A DNA stretch of 47,256 nucleotides from a virus, in IMG/VR virus record IMGVR_UViG_3300045988_140943, one strand, 5' to 3'. A model generated the notes under the pieces. That model was not told the origin of the DNA. It did no database searches and saw only the letters and a program-made list of their open reading frames with translations. Below are positions 26,863 through 36,357 of the stretch, in pieces. The position numbers and the translations under genes are program-made. Position 1 is the first letter of the stretch; each line of letters starts with the position of its first letter.

Positions 26863-26872
26863 GTGGTATAAG

Positions 26873-27361
26873 TTGAACAAAAAGACCAAGCAGCAACTTG
26901 ACGATTTAATCATTAATTACAAGAAAAATAAAGAAAGAATCGAAAAGTTGCAGAGTGACAATGACTTTATTAAAAACAGAATCATGTTTCTGTTAGGTAA
27001 AGCAAAAACAAAAACCTTTGAATATTACAACCCGGAGATGTTTCCAGATATAATCAAGTGTACAGTATGTGAAAGAAAAACTTTGAGTTATAATGTCCAA
27101 AGAGCCAAAGAACTTCTTGGAAGAAAAAGACTAAATTCTATCTTGGATAAAGATTATTCTATAGGTGATATTGAAAAGCTTAAAGAATTGGCTAAATCCC
27201 ATGGAATATCTGCAAATGAATTAAAGTCTTGCTTGGAAGTTCAAGAAAAAATAAATAGTAAGAAACTAGATCAAGCTTATAACTTAGGAGAAATTGATGA
27301 TGAGGAAGTTGAGGAATTTGTTAAGGTTGACACAACTTCTAAGTATTTAACTTTCAAGTAA
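26873..27361 (+). CDS. hypothetical coiled-coil protein
   Basis: TTG 26873 after AGGTGG; the track start at 26828 overlaps the previous gene. Confidence 0.6.
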   Translation: MNKKTKQQLDDLIINYKKNKERIEKLQSDNDFIKNRIMFLLGKAKTKTFEYYNPEMFPDIIKCTVCERKTLSYNVQRAKELLGRKRLNSILDKDYSIGDIEKLKELAKSHGISANELKSCLEVQEKINSKKLDQAYNLGEIDDEEVEEFVKVDTTSKYLTFK

Positions 27362-27375
27362 GTTGGTGTTATAAA

Positions 27376-28320
27376 ATGTTGGATAACAAACAAGGGGAAA
27401 ATCTTGCTAAAGTATTATTATATTATGGTTTGATTGAAAGTCCTGATGTAAGTGACCAAAAAATAGTTTGTCCATTCCACGAAGATGTAAATCCTTCAAT
27501 GGCAATTAATTTAGTTGATGGCACATATTATTGTTTTGGCTGCAATAAATCTGGAGGCCCTGAAAGTTTTGTATTTCGGATGGAATCAAAATATAATGGA
27601 CTGAATGATTTGCAATCCTTGATAAAATATCATAAGATTCTCAAGTCAAATAAATCACTTCATTTGAAATTCTCTAGGAGTAGAAAGTATAAGAAAAGTG
27701 ATAAAATTTATTTGGTAATGGCGCATGATTATTATTATTGCCTATCCAAAACAGATTGGTATAGTAATGACCCGGAAGTTTTAAGGGTACTATCATACAT
27801 GAAACAAAGAGGATTTACTAGAAAGATCTTAAGTAAAGTTGGTGCAAAGATAACCTATAATAGTTCTTATCCAATCATTTTTCCAATTATGGACAATGAA
27901 GAATTCAAAGGTTATGTATGTAGAACAACAGATAAATCCATAGAACAAAAAAGGAAATATCTTTATAATGAAGGTTTTTCAAGAGCAACTACTTTGGTGG
28001 GAAAATATTCAGAGGAATGTATACCGATTATAGTTGAGGGCTATATGGATATGCTTAAACTTATCCAGTTTGGTGAGGAAAATGTAATTGCTTTATTTGG
28101 TTGGAAAGCTACTGAAAATCAAATAAATAAAATGAAAAAAGCAGGGATTAAAAAGATAATCTGTGCTACTGATAATGATGATTGTGGAGTCAAAGGTTAT
28201 CATTACCTTAAGAATTTTTTTGATGTAAAAAGATTTTGCTTTCCCAAAGGGGTTAAAGATGTGGGGGAGATGAATGTACAAACATACAAAAGATGCAAAA
28301 TAAAAACGATGAGCAAATAG
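27376..28320 (+). CDS. DNA primase (DnaG-type zinc finger plus TOPRIM)
   Basis: CPFHEDVNPSMAINLVDGTYYCFGCNKSG; IVEGYMDMLKL...ATDNDDCGVKG. Confidence 0.85.
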   Translation: MLDNKQGENLAKVLLYYGLIESPDVSDQKIVCPFHEDVNPSMAINLVDGTYYCFGCNKSGGPESFVFRMESKYNGLNDLQSLIKYHKILKSNKSLHLKFSRSRKYKKSDKIYLVMAHDYYYCLSKTDWYSNDPEVLRVLSYMKQRGFTRKILSKVGAKITYNSSYPIIFPIMDNEEFKGYVCRTTDKSIEQKRKYLYNEGFSRATTLVGKYSEECIPIIVEGYMDMLKLIQFGEENVIALFGWKATENQINKMKKAGIKKIICATDNDDCGVKGYHYLKNFFDVKRFCFPKGVKDVGEMNVQTYKRCKIKTMSK

Positions 28321-28517
28321 ATCGGAGCTTATAAAATGCTGGAAATAGTCTTGCTTGATTTGACACTGGACTAAAATAATTTACACGGTTCGGGCTTGGG
28401 ATAATTCATTTCTTGGGAGCTATATAGCTTAATTGATATGGCCGATCTGCTGAAGGTTTAATGCTATTAATTGTCAAGTACATTTGGTAAAATTTATATT
28501 TAAGGAGAATAATACAA

Positions 28518-29315
28518 ATGGGAATTTTGAGTAAAATTAAAAGTGACGTTAAGAAATCTGGTCAAAATAAAGGAAAGTTTATGTACTTTCGTGAAGGTGT
28601 GAAAACCCGTGTGAGATTCTTGACGGATATGGAAGATGGTATGGAGGTAGTCTTCCACGATAGTTACGCAGACGGCATAAATGTTCCTTGTAGAGAAACA
28701 TTTGGTAAGTCTTGTGATTATTGTGAACAGGAAGGACTCCGTACAAGAAGCCAGTATATATGGTCTGTATGGGACTACGAAGCAAAAGAAGTAAAGCTGA
28801 TTATGGCACCAGTAAATAACTGCTCCCCAGTTCCGGCATTGGTTGCTCTTTATGATACATACGGCACCCTTACTGATAGGGACTATGTAATCACAGTTAC
28901 CGGCAAGCAGCAGAATAAGTCTTTTTCTGTAATTCCAATGGATAAGGCAAAGTTCAGAAATGAGAAGGCAAAACCATTCTCACAGAAGAAGGTTTTGGAA
29001 CTTCTTGATAAAGCTTTCCCTGATGAGAATGAAGACGACGAAGATGAAGAATATGAAAAGCCAACAAAGAGAAAGCCGACAAAAACTTCTCAGAAATCTA
29101 AAGAGGTTGACGATGATTGGGAAGACGAGGACAATGAAGATCTGGACTATTCGGAAATGTCTCCGAAGGAACTTTACAAACTTTGTAAAGAAAGAGATAT
29201 TGATGTAGAGCCAAAGAAGAATTCCAAGTACTATATCAATCAGCTTGAGGAATATGACCAGGCTCAGGATGATTGGGCCGATGAAGACGACGATGATTGG
29301 GAAGACGATGAGTAA
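28518..29315 (+). CDS. putative ssDNA-binding protein (gp32-like Zn/OB layout) with HeH motif and an acidic C-terminal tail
   Basis: PCRETFGKSCDYCEQ Cys cluster, central beta-rich core, YSEMSPKELYKLCKERDIDV, tail DDWADEDDDDWEDDE. Confidence 0.5.
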   Translation: MGILSKIKSDVKKSGQNKGKFMYFREGVKTRVRFLTDMEDGMEVVFHDSYADGINVPCRETFGKSCDYCEQEGLRTRSQYIWSVWDYEAKEVKLIMAPVNNCSPVPALVALYDTYGTLTDRDYVITVTGKQQNKSFSVIPMDKAKFRNEKAKPFSQKKVLELLDKAFPDENEDDEDEEYEKPTKRKPTKTSQKSKEVDDDWEDEDNEDLDYSEMSPKELYKLCKERDIDVEPKKNSKYYINQLEEYDQAQDDWADEDDDDWEDDE

Positions 29316-29799
29316 AAACATTATTATCTTCGGTTGTGACAATTCCGGCAAAACCACATTAGCCTCTAATTTATTTTCCCGCATGATGGGTGCAGTGTTA
29401 TTCCCTCCCTTGGGCCCTGCAACCTTGGATCAGCAAAAGGCTTATCTGAAAAGAATACGGGAAAGTAAATCTAGGTGTATATGTGATAGATTCCCACCTA
29501 TAGAAGAAATGGTTTGCGGAAATGTTTTGAGAGGTACTTCTAATTTTAAAGAGGATGATCTCAAAGAATTTTTGGATTGCCAATTTATTTGGTGTAACCC
29601 AAGTTTTACCTCGATTTTAAATTGGGGCGAACGGGAGCAAATGAAGGGTGTAAAAGAAAATATTGTCCCTTTATATTTTGGGTATCTCAAAATTTTTATG
29701 AAGTTAAAAGAACTCGGTGCAGACGTATTTGAATACAACTGGGAAAAAGAAGAAGAATTTAAAAACTTGTGTTGGCATATAAATGAAAGAGGTAATTAA
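29308..29799 (+). CDS. P-loop kinase-like protein (nucleotide or nucleic-acid kinase candidate)
   Basis: IIIFGCDNSGKTTLASNL Walker A right after ATG 29308 (ATGAGTAA overlap with the upstream gene). Confidence 0.55.
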   Translation: MSKNIIIFGCDNSGKTTLASNLFSRMMGAVLFPPLGPATLDQQKAYLKRIRESKSRCICDRFPPIEEMVCGNVLRGTSNFKEDDLKEFLDCQFIWCNPSFTSILNWGEREQMKGVKENIVPLYFGYLKIFMKLKELGADVFEYNWEKEEEFKNLCWHINERGN

Positions 29800-29801
29800 G
29801 A

Positions 29802-30473
29802 ATGAATATTACTCACGCAATTCACGAAGAAGTTACTGGAGATAAGTTAGAGGCGATATTTAAAAGACAATCCGAATTGATGTTTAAGTATCATGATATT
29901 GAAAAGAGATCGGGATTGCTTCAGACTGAAGATTGTCCTGTTAATCTGGATGACAAAAGAGGACAGGCAAGAATTAAGGATTTTGCTTGGAGAGTAACTG
30001 AGGAAGTGGGAGAAGCTTTGGATGCTTATCGTAGTAGAGATGATGAACATTTCCACGAAGAACTCATTGATGGGCTTCATTTCCTTACGGAGCTTTCAAT
30101 TTTGGCAGGAATTACCCCAAAGGAAATTGTGCAAAATCTAGTTGATTCTATACCTACCCTTCCAACCGATGCTGCCAAAGATAAGGATTGCTTGGATTCT
30201 ATTTATGAATTGGCTCAGATCCAGATTTACTTGGATGGAGCAATTACTGCTTTTGTAGAATCAATTGGAATGATGTGCAATTGCCTCAAAAATAAACCTT
30301 GGAAACAGAGCAATATGGTTACAGATAAGGAAGCATTTTATAAACGTCTTTCCAACCTTTGGCTCAGTTATATTTCCGTTTTGGCAACAGCTAAGCTTTC
30401 ACCGGAAGAAGTGGTTGATGTTTACCTCAAAAAATCCCAGGTCAATAAATTCCGCCAGAGGAGTAATTATTGA
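29802..30473 (+). CDS. all-alpha NTP pyrophosphohydrolase (dimeric dUTPase/dCTPase-like)
   Basis: VTEEVGEALDA, HEELIDGLHFLTEL, NKPWKQ, C-terminal KKSQVNKFRQRSNY. Confidence 0.55.
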   Translation: MNITHAIHEEVTGDKLEAIFKRQSELMFKYHDIEKRSGLLQTEDCPVNLDDKRGQARIKDFAWRVTEEVGEALDAYRSRDDEHFHEELIDGLHFLTELSILAGITPKEIVQNLVDSIPTLPTDAAKDKDCLDSIYELAQIQIYLDGAITAFVESIGMMCNCLKNKPWKQSNMVTDKEAFYKRLSNLWLSYISVLATAKLSPEEVVDVYLKKSQVNKFRQRSNY

Positions 30474-31228
30474 TGTTGGTAAGAAAATATCAAAATCTAA
30501 CGGAAATGTTTATGGAACTTAATCGGGAGATTATTTCAAAGCCATCCCAAATGCTGGATTATGTTCATGGAATTCTTGGTTACATAGATAACGTAGTATT
30601 AGCTTCCAAAAGTTGTGACTTTGATTTTGATTTATCCAAGGTGGGTTACAAGGTTGGTAAATGGAGTCATCTACTTAGAACCTATGTAGATTATGAAGGA
30701 TTGATTGAGTTTCATAAAAAACTAGAGGATTCAACTGCTCTTTCCTTGACCTATTATTTTAAACAAAAGAAAGTGAATAATGGATCTTGTTTAATTGCCA
30801 TTGTTGTGTCTAGAAATGACCGGAAAAAGAAATGGACAAAGGTTAATGTTTTATATCGTACGACAGAAGTCCAAAGAAGATTTGCTGCTGATTTAACATT
30901 GGTGCAATCTTTTATCAAAGAACTCCCTTCCTGTTGTGAAATCAACAGAATAATATTTTACTTCCCGCAAATGTATATAAATGCTAAGGTTTTAAATGGG
31001 TATTTTAATATATTTGGAATTCCAATGGAATCCTTGGATAAATCTAGTGAATGGGTTAAAACCATGATTAGAGATTATGAATTAAATTATGTTCCGGGAA
31101 GTAGAATAACTACTTACCAATCAATTGCTAGAATGCAGAGGTTAAGGTTGGGATTGACTAAGTACGATCCATTGCCATCCAAGTCATTATCAATAAGAAA
31201 ATATTTTGAATCCAAAAAGGAGAAATAA
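30473..31228 (+). CDS. divergent thymidylate-synthase-fold protein (function unclear)
   Basis: NGSCLIAIVVSR...VNVLYRTTEVQRRFAADLTLVQSFI aligns by eye with the PCH..QRSxD..N region of the ThyA family; TGATG overlap. Confidence 0.4.
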   Translation: MLVRKYQNLTEMFMELNREIISKPSQMLDYVHGILGYIDNVVLASKSCDFDFDLSKVGYKVGKWSHLLRTYVDYEGLIEFHKKLEDSTALSLTYYFKQKKVNNGSCLIAIVVSRNDRKKKWTKVNVLYRTTEVQRRFAADLTLVQSFIKELPSCCEINRIIFYFPQMYINAKVLNGYFNIFGIPMESLDKSSEWVKTMIRDYELNYVPGSRITTYQSIARMQRLRLGLTKYDPLPSKSLSIRKYFESKKEK

Positions 31229-31230
31229 AA

Positions 31231-31917
31231 ATGAGGATATATGTAGATTGGCCTGAGTGCTATGAAGAAGTAAAAAGAGATCTTGCTGAAATGGGTATTT
31301 TGGTTAAACCAAAAACAATGCAGGATAAGGTTATTGAAAACAATGAAGCCTATGAAACAATGGAGCTTCAGAATTATTCTTACTCTCTGTTAAATGCAAA
31401 ATCCAATGCAATTACAAGGGTTGTTCAGCCTTGGGCAGATGCGGAATTTGAAGAGAGAATAAATCCTGCTGGTAATATAAACCCTGGAGAAGCTTGGAAG
31501 TTAAGGGAAGATGTATGGACTGAGTATTTGCATGATGGCAAAATGGCTTATACATACAACGAAAGAATTATGTTTAATAACCAGCTTAATAAAATCATCA
31601 AACGGCTTAAGGAAGATCGGGACTCTAGACAGCTTTGGTTGTCAATTTGGAATCCAGCTATTGACCCTGATAAACTTGGTGGTATTTCAAGAGTTCCTTG
31701 TTCTTTAGGATATAATTTCCAGTTTAGAGACGGGAAACTTAATATGCACTATGTAATGCGGAGTTGTGATTTTAACACGCATTTTATAAATGATGTATAT
31801 TTGGCTATCAAGCTTTTGGAATATGTGGCAAAGGAATGTGGTATGGAAGTGGGCTCTTTCACCCACACAATGTTCTCCCTTCACGTTTACCGCAAGGATA
31901 TTTCAAACGTATTCTAA
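31231..31917 (+). CDS. ThyA-family enzyme (thymidylate synthase or dNMP hydroxymethylase-like)
   Basis: DRDSRQLWLSIWNP..D....RVPCSLGYNFQFRDGKLNMHYVMRSCDFNTHFINDVY...SLHVY. Confidence 0.7.
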   Translation: MRIYVDWPECYEEVKRDLAEMGILVKPKTMQDKVIENNEAYETMELQNYSYSLLNAKSNAITRVVQPWADAEFEERINPAGNINPGEAWKLREDVWTEYLHDGKMAYTYNERIMFNNQLNKIIKRLKEDRDSRQLWLSIWNPAIDPDKLGGISRVPCSLGYNFQFRDGKLNMHYVMRSCDFNTHFINDVYLAIKLLEYVAKECGMEVGSFTHTMFSLHVYRKDISNVF

Positions 31918-31918
31918 A

Positions 31919-31979
31919 TGTAAATAATCTGTTAACCTATAAATTTTCTATTGACTTTCTGGGAATGGTGTGATATAAT
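31919..31979 (+). promoter_or_regulatory. promoter cassette P7 (two upstream elements)
   Basis: TGTAAATA at 31919, TGTTAACC at 31930, TTGACT 31951..31956, 17-nt spacer, TGaTATAAT ending at 31979. Confidence 0.8.
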
Positions 31980-32017
31980 ATAAATATAATAAATAAAAAC
32001 TTACGGAGGTAAATATT

Positions 32018-32665
32018 ATGAACAACAAGGAAGTTATTGAAAAGGTTAAAAAGATTCTTGCTCTTGCAGAAAATAACCCAAATGAAAATGAAGCTTTAGC
32101 TGCTGCTCTTAAGGCTCAAAAGATGATGGCTAAATTCCATATTCAGGAAGAAGATCTTAGAGATGAGGTTACTGAATCTACAATTGATTCCATCGTTGCT
32201 AAACACAATGGAAAGACTGCAAAATGGAGATTGTCTTTAGCTTTGGTTATAGCAGCTAATTTTAGATGTAGGGTTTATATACAGAATGGTAAGGATGTTT
32301 GCTTTATGGGGTACGAGGAAGATGCTGTGATTTGTAAAGAGGTATTCCTTTCTATGTATTCTATTGGTGAAAAATTATCAAACAAACTTAAGAGAGAAAC
32401 TAGAAAATCTAAAGGTACAGCTACAGGTGTTAAGAATACATTCTGTTGTGGTTTTGTTGATGGAATAAAATCGGAATTGGAAAAGCAATGTACAGCTTTG
32501 GTTTTGATTGTTCCTAAGGAAGTCAATGAAGCCTTTGAAGCAAAGACGAGTAATGTAAAAAGAAAGAAAGTTTCTTTGAAAATCTCTAATGACTCAGAGG
32601 TTTATAATAAAGGGTTTGTAAGTGGTAAGAATTCTATTCAGGCAAGGGCAATTGAAAACAAGTAA
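32018..32665 (+). CDS. DUF2786-like phage protein
   Basis: VIEKVKKILALAENNPNENEALAAALKAQKMMAKF N-terminal signature. Confidence 0.65.
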   Translation: MNNKEVIEKVKKILALAENNPNENEALAAALKAQKMMAKFHIQEEDLRDEVTESTIDSIVAKHNGKTAKWRLSLALVIAANFRCRVYIQNGKDVCFMGYEEDAVICKEVFLSMYSIGEKLSNKLKRETRKSKGTATGVKNTFCCGFVDGIKSELEKQCTALVLIVPKEVNEAFEAKTSNVKRKKVSLKISNDSEVYNKGFVSGKNSIQARAIENK

Positions 32666-32674
32666 TAAATGATT

Positions 32675-32704
32675 CTAGGAGGGTTTTCCCTCCTAGTTTT
32701 ATTT
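32675..32704 (+). terminator. rho-independent terminator
   Basis: ctaggaggg/ccctcctag stem, loop tttt, then ttttattt. Confidence 0.8.
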
Positions 32705-32718
32705 AAGGAGGGAAAAAA

Positions 32719-35466
32719 ATGGGATTTGATTTGCATAGACACGATGAGGCAAGTAGCTTTGATGGATTTGGTAAACCAACAGAGTTAGCAAGCTTGGCTA
32801 AAGAGTATGGGTATACAATGTTAGCTGTAACAAATCATGGAAATACTACTAGCTTAGTTCAGCATTATTTGGCTTGTAAAGATGTGGGGATAAAACCAGG
32901 TCTTGGGGTAGAGGGATATTTTCTTCCGAAGTATAAACCCCAAGACAGAGGGTTCCATTTAATACTGTTGGCTAAAAATGCTCAAGGTTATGCCAATATG
33001 AACCGGATCCAGTACGAAGGTGAGAAACAGAAGTATTACAATCCTATTTGGGATTTTAAAATTCTGGAAAAATATCACGAAGGGCTGATTTGTTCTACTG
33101 CTTGTGTAGCGGGATATTTAGGACAATGTATAATTAAAGGTAAGATAGAAGTAGCTGCCAAATATCTTAAAAGAATGAAGTCAATATTTGGGGAAGATTT
33201 TTATGTTGAGATTCAGCCATATTCAATTTCTGAAGAAGGCCTTCAAGAAAAGATAAATGTTAAGTCCATTGAGTTGGCGAAGAAATTGGGTATCAAGTGT
33301 ATATTAACTTCAGATTCTCACCGAGGAAGAAAAGAAGATTTTGATACTTACCTGAAGATGCACGAGATCAAAAAACCTGGTAATGCTGAATGGTTAGAGC
33401 ATGTTACAAAAACTTATAAAGAACGTTATATGCCTAAGCCTGGGGAAATGATGAAAAGATTTTATAAAATGCACAAGAGTGACTTTGGGGAGGTTGAAGC
33501 CAAAAGATTGGCTAAGGAAATGGAAAGAAACCTTGATGAAATTGAAGCTAAGGTTGAGGATGATATATTCAAGGATTTTAAACAGACCTTGCCAAAATTC
33601 TCTGAAGAGGATTCCACAAAATTGCTTGTGGAAAAGTTAAGGCAAAGCATGAAACAAAGAGGTAAAACAACAAAAGCCTATATTAACAGAGTCAAGGAAG
33701 AACTGGAGGTTATAAAGTCTTTGGGATTCCAAGATTACTTTTTGATTGTAGCAGATTATGTTAACTGGGCAAAGAAACAAGGAATTACTGTTGGACCAGG
33801 AAGAGGTTCTGCTTGCAATTGTGAAGTAGCTTATTTTCTGGGTATTACGGAGGTAGACAGTTTGTATTTTGGACTAGACTTCCGAAGATTCCTCCGTAAA
33901 GATAAAAAGAAAATGCCTGATATTGATATTGACTTTGAAAGGTGCAGAAGACAAGAAGCCATTGAATATCTCATTAACAAATATCCAGGTCATACAGCAA
34001 GGATTGCTTCCTATGGTTTGTATAAGGTTGATAATCTTATCAATGACTTGGCCAAAGTTTGTGGGTTGCCAACTGATAGCAAGGTGGATCCGGAAATTGT
34101 TAAGTATAACAAGAAAATGATTGCAGACCTTAAGTCTTTGATTAAATCTTATATTGATGAGGACGGAATGTTAGATTCTAAAGGTTTGTTGCAAAATAAA
34201 ATTTCCAGATGTTTTAATTCCGATTATGATAACATAGTAAAACACTTTACCAAGCTCTATATGAAGTTGAGGTTTATTGGAACCCACGCAGCAGGTGTTG
34301 CTGTTACTGGCGGAAACATTTTGGATTTTACTTCTTTGAGAATTGATAAGAATGGTGATATTTTTACTAGTTTTGATTTGAACGATATGGAAAATATCCA
34401 CGTTATCAAGTTTGATATGTTAGGCCTGAGGACAATGGAAAGTACAGGGGAGTTGAGGGAGTTAACTGGTTGTTCTGGAATCACAGAGGAAATCGTAAAC
34501 GATCCAAAACTCTATGAGAATTTCAGAACAGGGCAAACTGATGGTGTATTCCAGTTTGACAAGGAAGCAGTAAGAGGAATTCTGAAGGAAATCAATTGTG
34601 ATTGTTTTGGAGATGTTATTGCAGCAAATGCGATGAACAGACCTGGCCCTTTGAAGATGAAACAGCCTCAGCTTTATGCGGATAACAAATTGGAAGGCGG
34701 AACTGGATCAGCTGATGATATTTATAAATACACCAAAGATTCATACGGTACAATCATTTACCAGGAACAAATCCAGCAAATTTGCGTAGGGGTTGGAGGT
34801 ATGACTTGGGGAGATGCGGATAAGGTAATGAAGATGATTGGTGGACAATCCCAGTCAGCTGACGCTAAAGCCCAATTTGAAAGAGACAAAAAAGAACTTC
34901 ATGATAAGTTCGTACAAGGAGCTGTTAAAAATGGCTTCCCAAAATCTAGAGCAGAAGAAATCTTTGATATGGTCCTTGTATATTCCTTCAATAAAGGTCA
35001 TGCTTGTGGCTATTCTCTAATATCTTTGGAGGAGATGTATTATAAAACCTATTTCCCTTTGGAGTATTGGTACACTCGTATTAAATATGCTCCGACTGAT
35101 TCTGATTATGATAGGTTTTGTGGTAAAGCTGTGGCAAATGATGTGGTTATATTTTTGCCTCACGCAAATTATTCGGCTTCTTTTACTTCGATTAGAGTTG
35201 TTGATGGTGATAGAGTTATCCAACAAAGCCTAAATCGAATTAAAGGTGTTGGTAATAAGGCTGCTGATTTTATAGTTGAGGAAAGAAAAAGAAATGGAAT
35301 TTTTACCTCATATGATAATTTTTATGATAGATGCAAAAGCCGAGTTGTTACCACGAGAGTAATATCTTTATTGGATGAAGCTGGGGCTTTAAATTTTAAT
35401 AAGAAAAAGTATTTACAGAGAGTTGTGAAATATAACTCTAGTTTGTATGCAAAAGCTTTGAGGTGA
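32719..35466 (+). CDS. DNA polymerase III alpha-like replicase (PHP domain plus polymerase core)
   Basis: FDLHRHDEASSFDG..AVTNHGN (PHP), GPGRGSACNCEVAYFLGITEVD, PDIDIDFE, AANAMNRPGP. Confidence 0.9.
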   Translation: MGFDLHRHDEASSFDGFGKPTELASLAKEYGYTMLAVTNHGNTTSLVQHYLACKDVGIKPGLGVEGYFLPKYKPQDRGFHLILLAKNAQGYANMNRIQYEGEKQKYYNPIWDFKILEKYHEGLICSTACVAGYLGQCIIKGKIEVAAKYLKRMKSIFGEDFYVEIQPYSISEEGLQEKINVKSIELAKKLGIKCILTSDSHRGRKEDFDTYLKMHEIKKPGNAEWLEHVTKTYKERYMPKPGEMMKRFYKMHKSDFGEVEAKRLAKEMERNLDEIEAKVEDDIFKDFKQTLPKFSEEDSTKLLVEKLRQSMKQRGKTTKAYINRVKEELEVIKSLGFQDYFLIVADYVNWAKKQGITVGPGRGSACNCEVAYFLGITEVDSLYFGLDFRRFLRKDKKKMPDIDIDFERCRRQEAIEYLINKYPGHTARIASYGLYKVDNLINDLAKVCGLPTDSKVDPEIVKYNKKMIADLKSLIKSYIDEDGMLDSKGLLQNKISRCFNSDYDNIVKHFTKLYMKLRFIGTHAAGVAVTGGNILDFTSLRIDKNGDIFTSFDLNDMENIHVIKFDMLGLRTMESTGELRELTGCSGITEEIVNDPKLYENFRTGQTDGVFQFDKEAVRGILKEINCDCFGDVIAANAMNRPGPLKMKQPQLYADNKLEGGTGSADDIYKYTKDSYGTIIYQEQIQQICVGVGGMTWGDADKVMKMIGGQSQSADAKAQFERDKKELHDKFVQGAVKNGFPKSRAEEIFDMVLVYSFNKGHACGYSLISLEEMYYKTYFPLEYWYTRIKYAPTDSDYDRFCGKAVANDVVIFLPHANYSASFTSIRVVDGDRVIQQSLNRIKGVGNKAADFIVEERKRNGIFTSYDNFYDRCKSRVVTTRVISLLDEAGALNFNKKKYLQRVVKYNSSLYAKALR

Positions 35467-35470
35467 TAAT

Positions 35471-35632
35471 GTGAATAGAGATTATTTTGTAATAATGAAT
35501 GAAAGTGATGAATTGTTACATAACACAAAAATAGGCGAAGCAGACACACTTGAAGAAGCTAGGGAATTGGAAGCAAAATGTAAAAAGGCATATCCAAACG
35601 CAAAAATAAAAATATATGAAATAATCGAATGA
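35471..35632 (+). CDS. 53-aa ORF, unknown
   Basis: GTG after GAGGTGA; fills the gap to the next gene; below the track's cutoff. Confidence 0.4.
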   Translation: MNRDYFVIMNESDELLHNTKIGEADTLEEARELEAKCKKAYPNAKIKIYEIIE

Positions 35633-35663
35633 TAAATTAAAATTATATTGTGAGGCTGATGTA

Positions 35664-36197
35664 ATGAAGGTAACAATTTTGAGATACCCAACTAAAGAGG
35701 ATTGGGAACGCTGTAAAATGATGGCGATGAATACGATTGGTAAGAACTGGGCGGGTGAAGTTACTGATATCTGGAAGGATAAAATTTTAAGAGCAAGACA
35801 CTCCCCGATAAGAACTTTGATGTTTACAATTAAAATGGAAGTTCCTTATTATGTGTCCGTGCATTTTGTTCGCCACAAATATGGGGTAGAACATTATGTA
35901 TCATCCCAGAGAAATGATAGGCAAGATAAATATGATCGGCGGGAAGCTAAACAGTCAATTCCAGTGATCCATATTATGGATGTTAATGCAGAGGAATTAA
36001 TGACCATTGCTAATCGAAGGTTGTGTAATCAAGCTGATGTTAAAACAAGGGAAGTTATGAACCTGATTGTGAAAGAGGTTTTGAAAACTAACCCCGAGTT
36101 TACTCCACACCTAGTTCCCCAATGTCTTAAGTTGGGTTTGGGAATTTGTCCAGAGTTCAAACCTTGCGGGAGAATGAGCAAAAAGGATGATAAATAA
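35664..36197 (+). CDS. ThyX-like (flavin-dependent thymidylate synthase family) protein, short form
   Basis: HSPIRTLMFTIKMEVPYYVSVHFVRHKYGVEHYVSSQRN resembles the ThyX RHR..S....S.R region; 177 aa is short for the family. Confidence 0.5.
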   Translation: MKVTILRYPTKEDWERCKMMAMNTIGKNWAGEVTDIWKDKILRARHSPIRTLMFTIKMEVPYYVSVHFVRHKYGVEHYVSSQRNDRQDKYDRREAKQSIPVIHIMDVNAEELMTIANRRLCNQADVKTREVMNLIVKEVLKTNPEFTPHLVPQCLKLGLGICPEFKPCGRMSKKDDK

Positions 36198-36204
36198 ATG
36201 ATCT

Positions 36205-36235
36205 TATGCCAGTTTAAACGCTGGCATATTTTTTA
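36205..36235 (+). terminator. rho-independent terminator
   Basis: tatgccag/ctggcata stem, then ttttttaat. Confidence 0.8.
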
Positions 36236-36245
36236 ATATTTCAAT

Positions 36246-36307
36246 TGTAAATAATTTATTAACTCTTGCTTTTATCTATTGACTTTTGCAAGATTATGCT
36301 GTATAAT
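36246..36307 (+). promoter_or_regulatory. promoter cassette P8 (two upstream elements)
   Basis: TGTAAATA at 36246, TATTAACT at 36257, TTGACT 36279..36284, 17-nt spacer, TATAAT 36302..36307. Confidence 0.75.
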
Positions 36308-36357
36308 ATATACATAAACAAAAACAAAATATATAAATCTTACGGAGGTAATTAACT

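Noticed and set aside
28391-28401. Minus-strand tcccaagcccg, identical to an 11-nt stretch of a rice twister ribozyme sequence as I recall it
   Set aside because: The flanking sequence lacks the other conserved twister elements and the stems or pseudoknots I would expect. It looks like a chance match within a cttggga direct repeat.
503-29026. Other CTGATGA heptamers (503..509, 8623..8629, 29020..29026) as possible extra hammerheads
   Set aside because: All are inside coding regions. None is followed by a stem II, GAAA, stem III and NUH arrangement.
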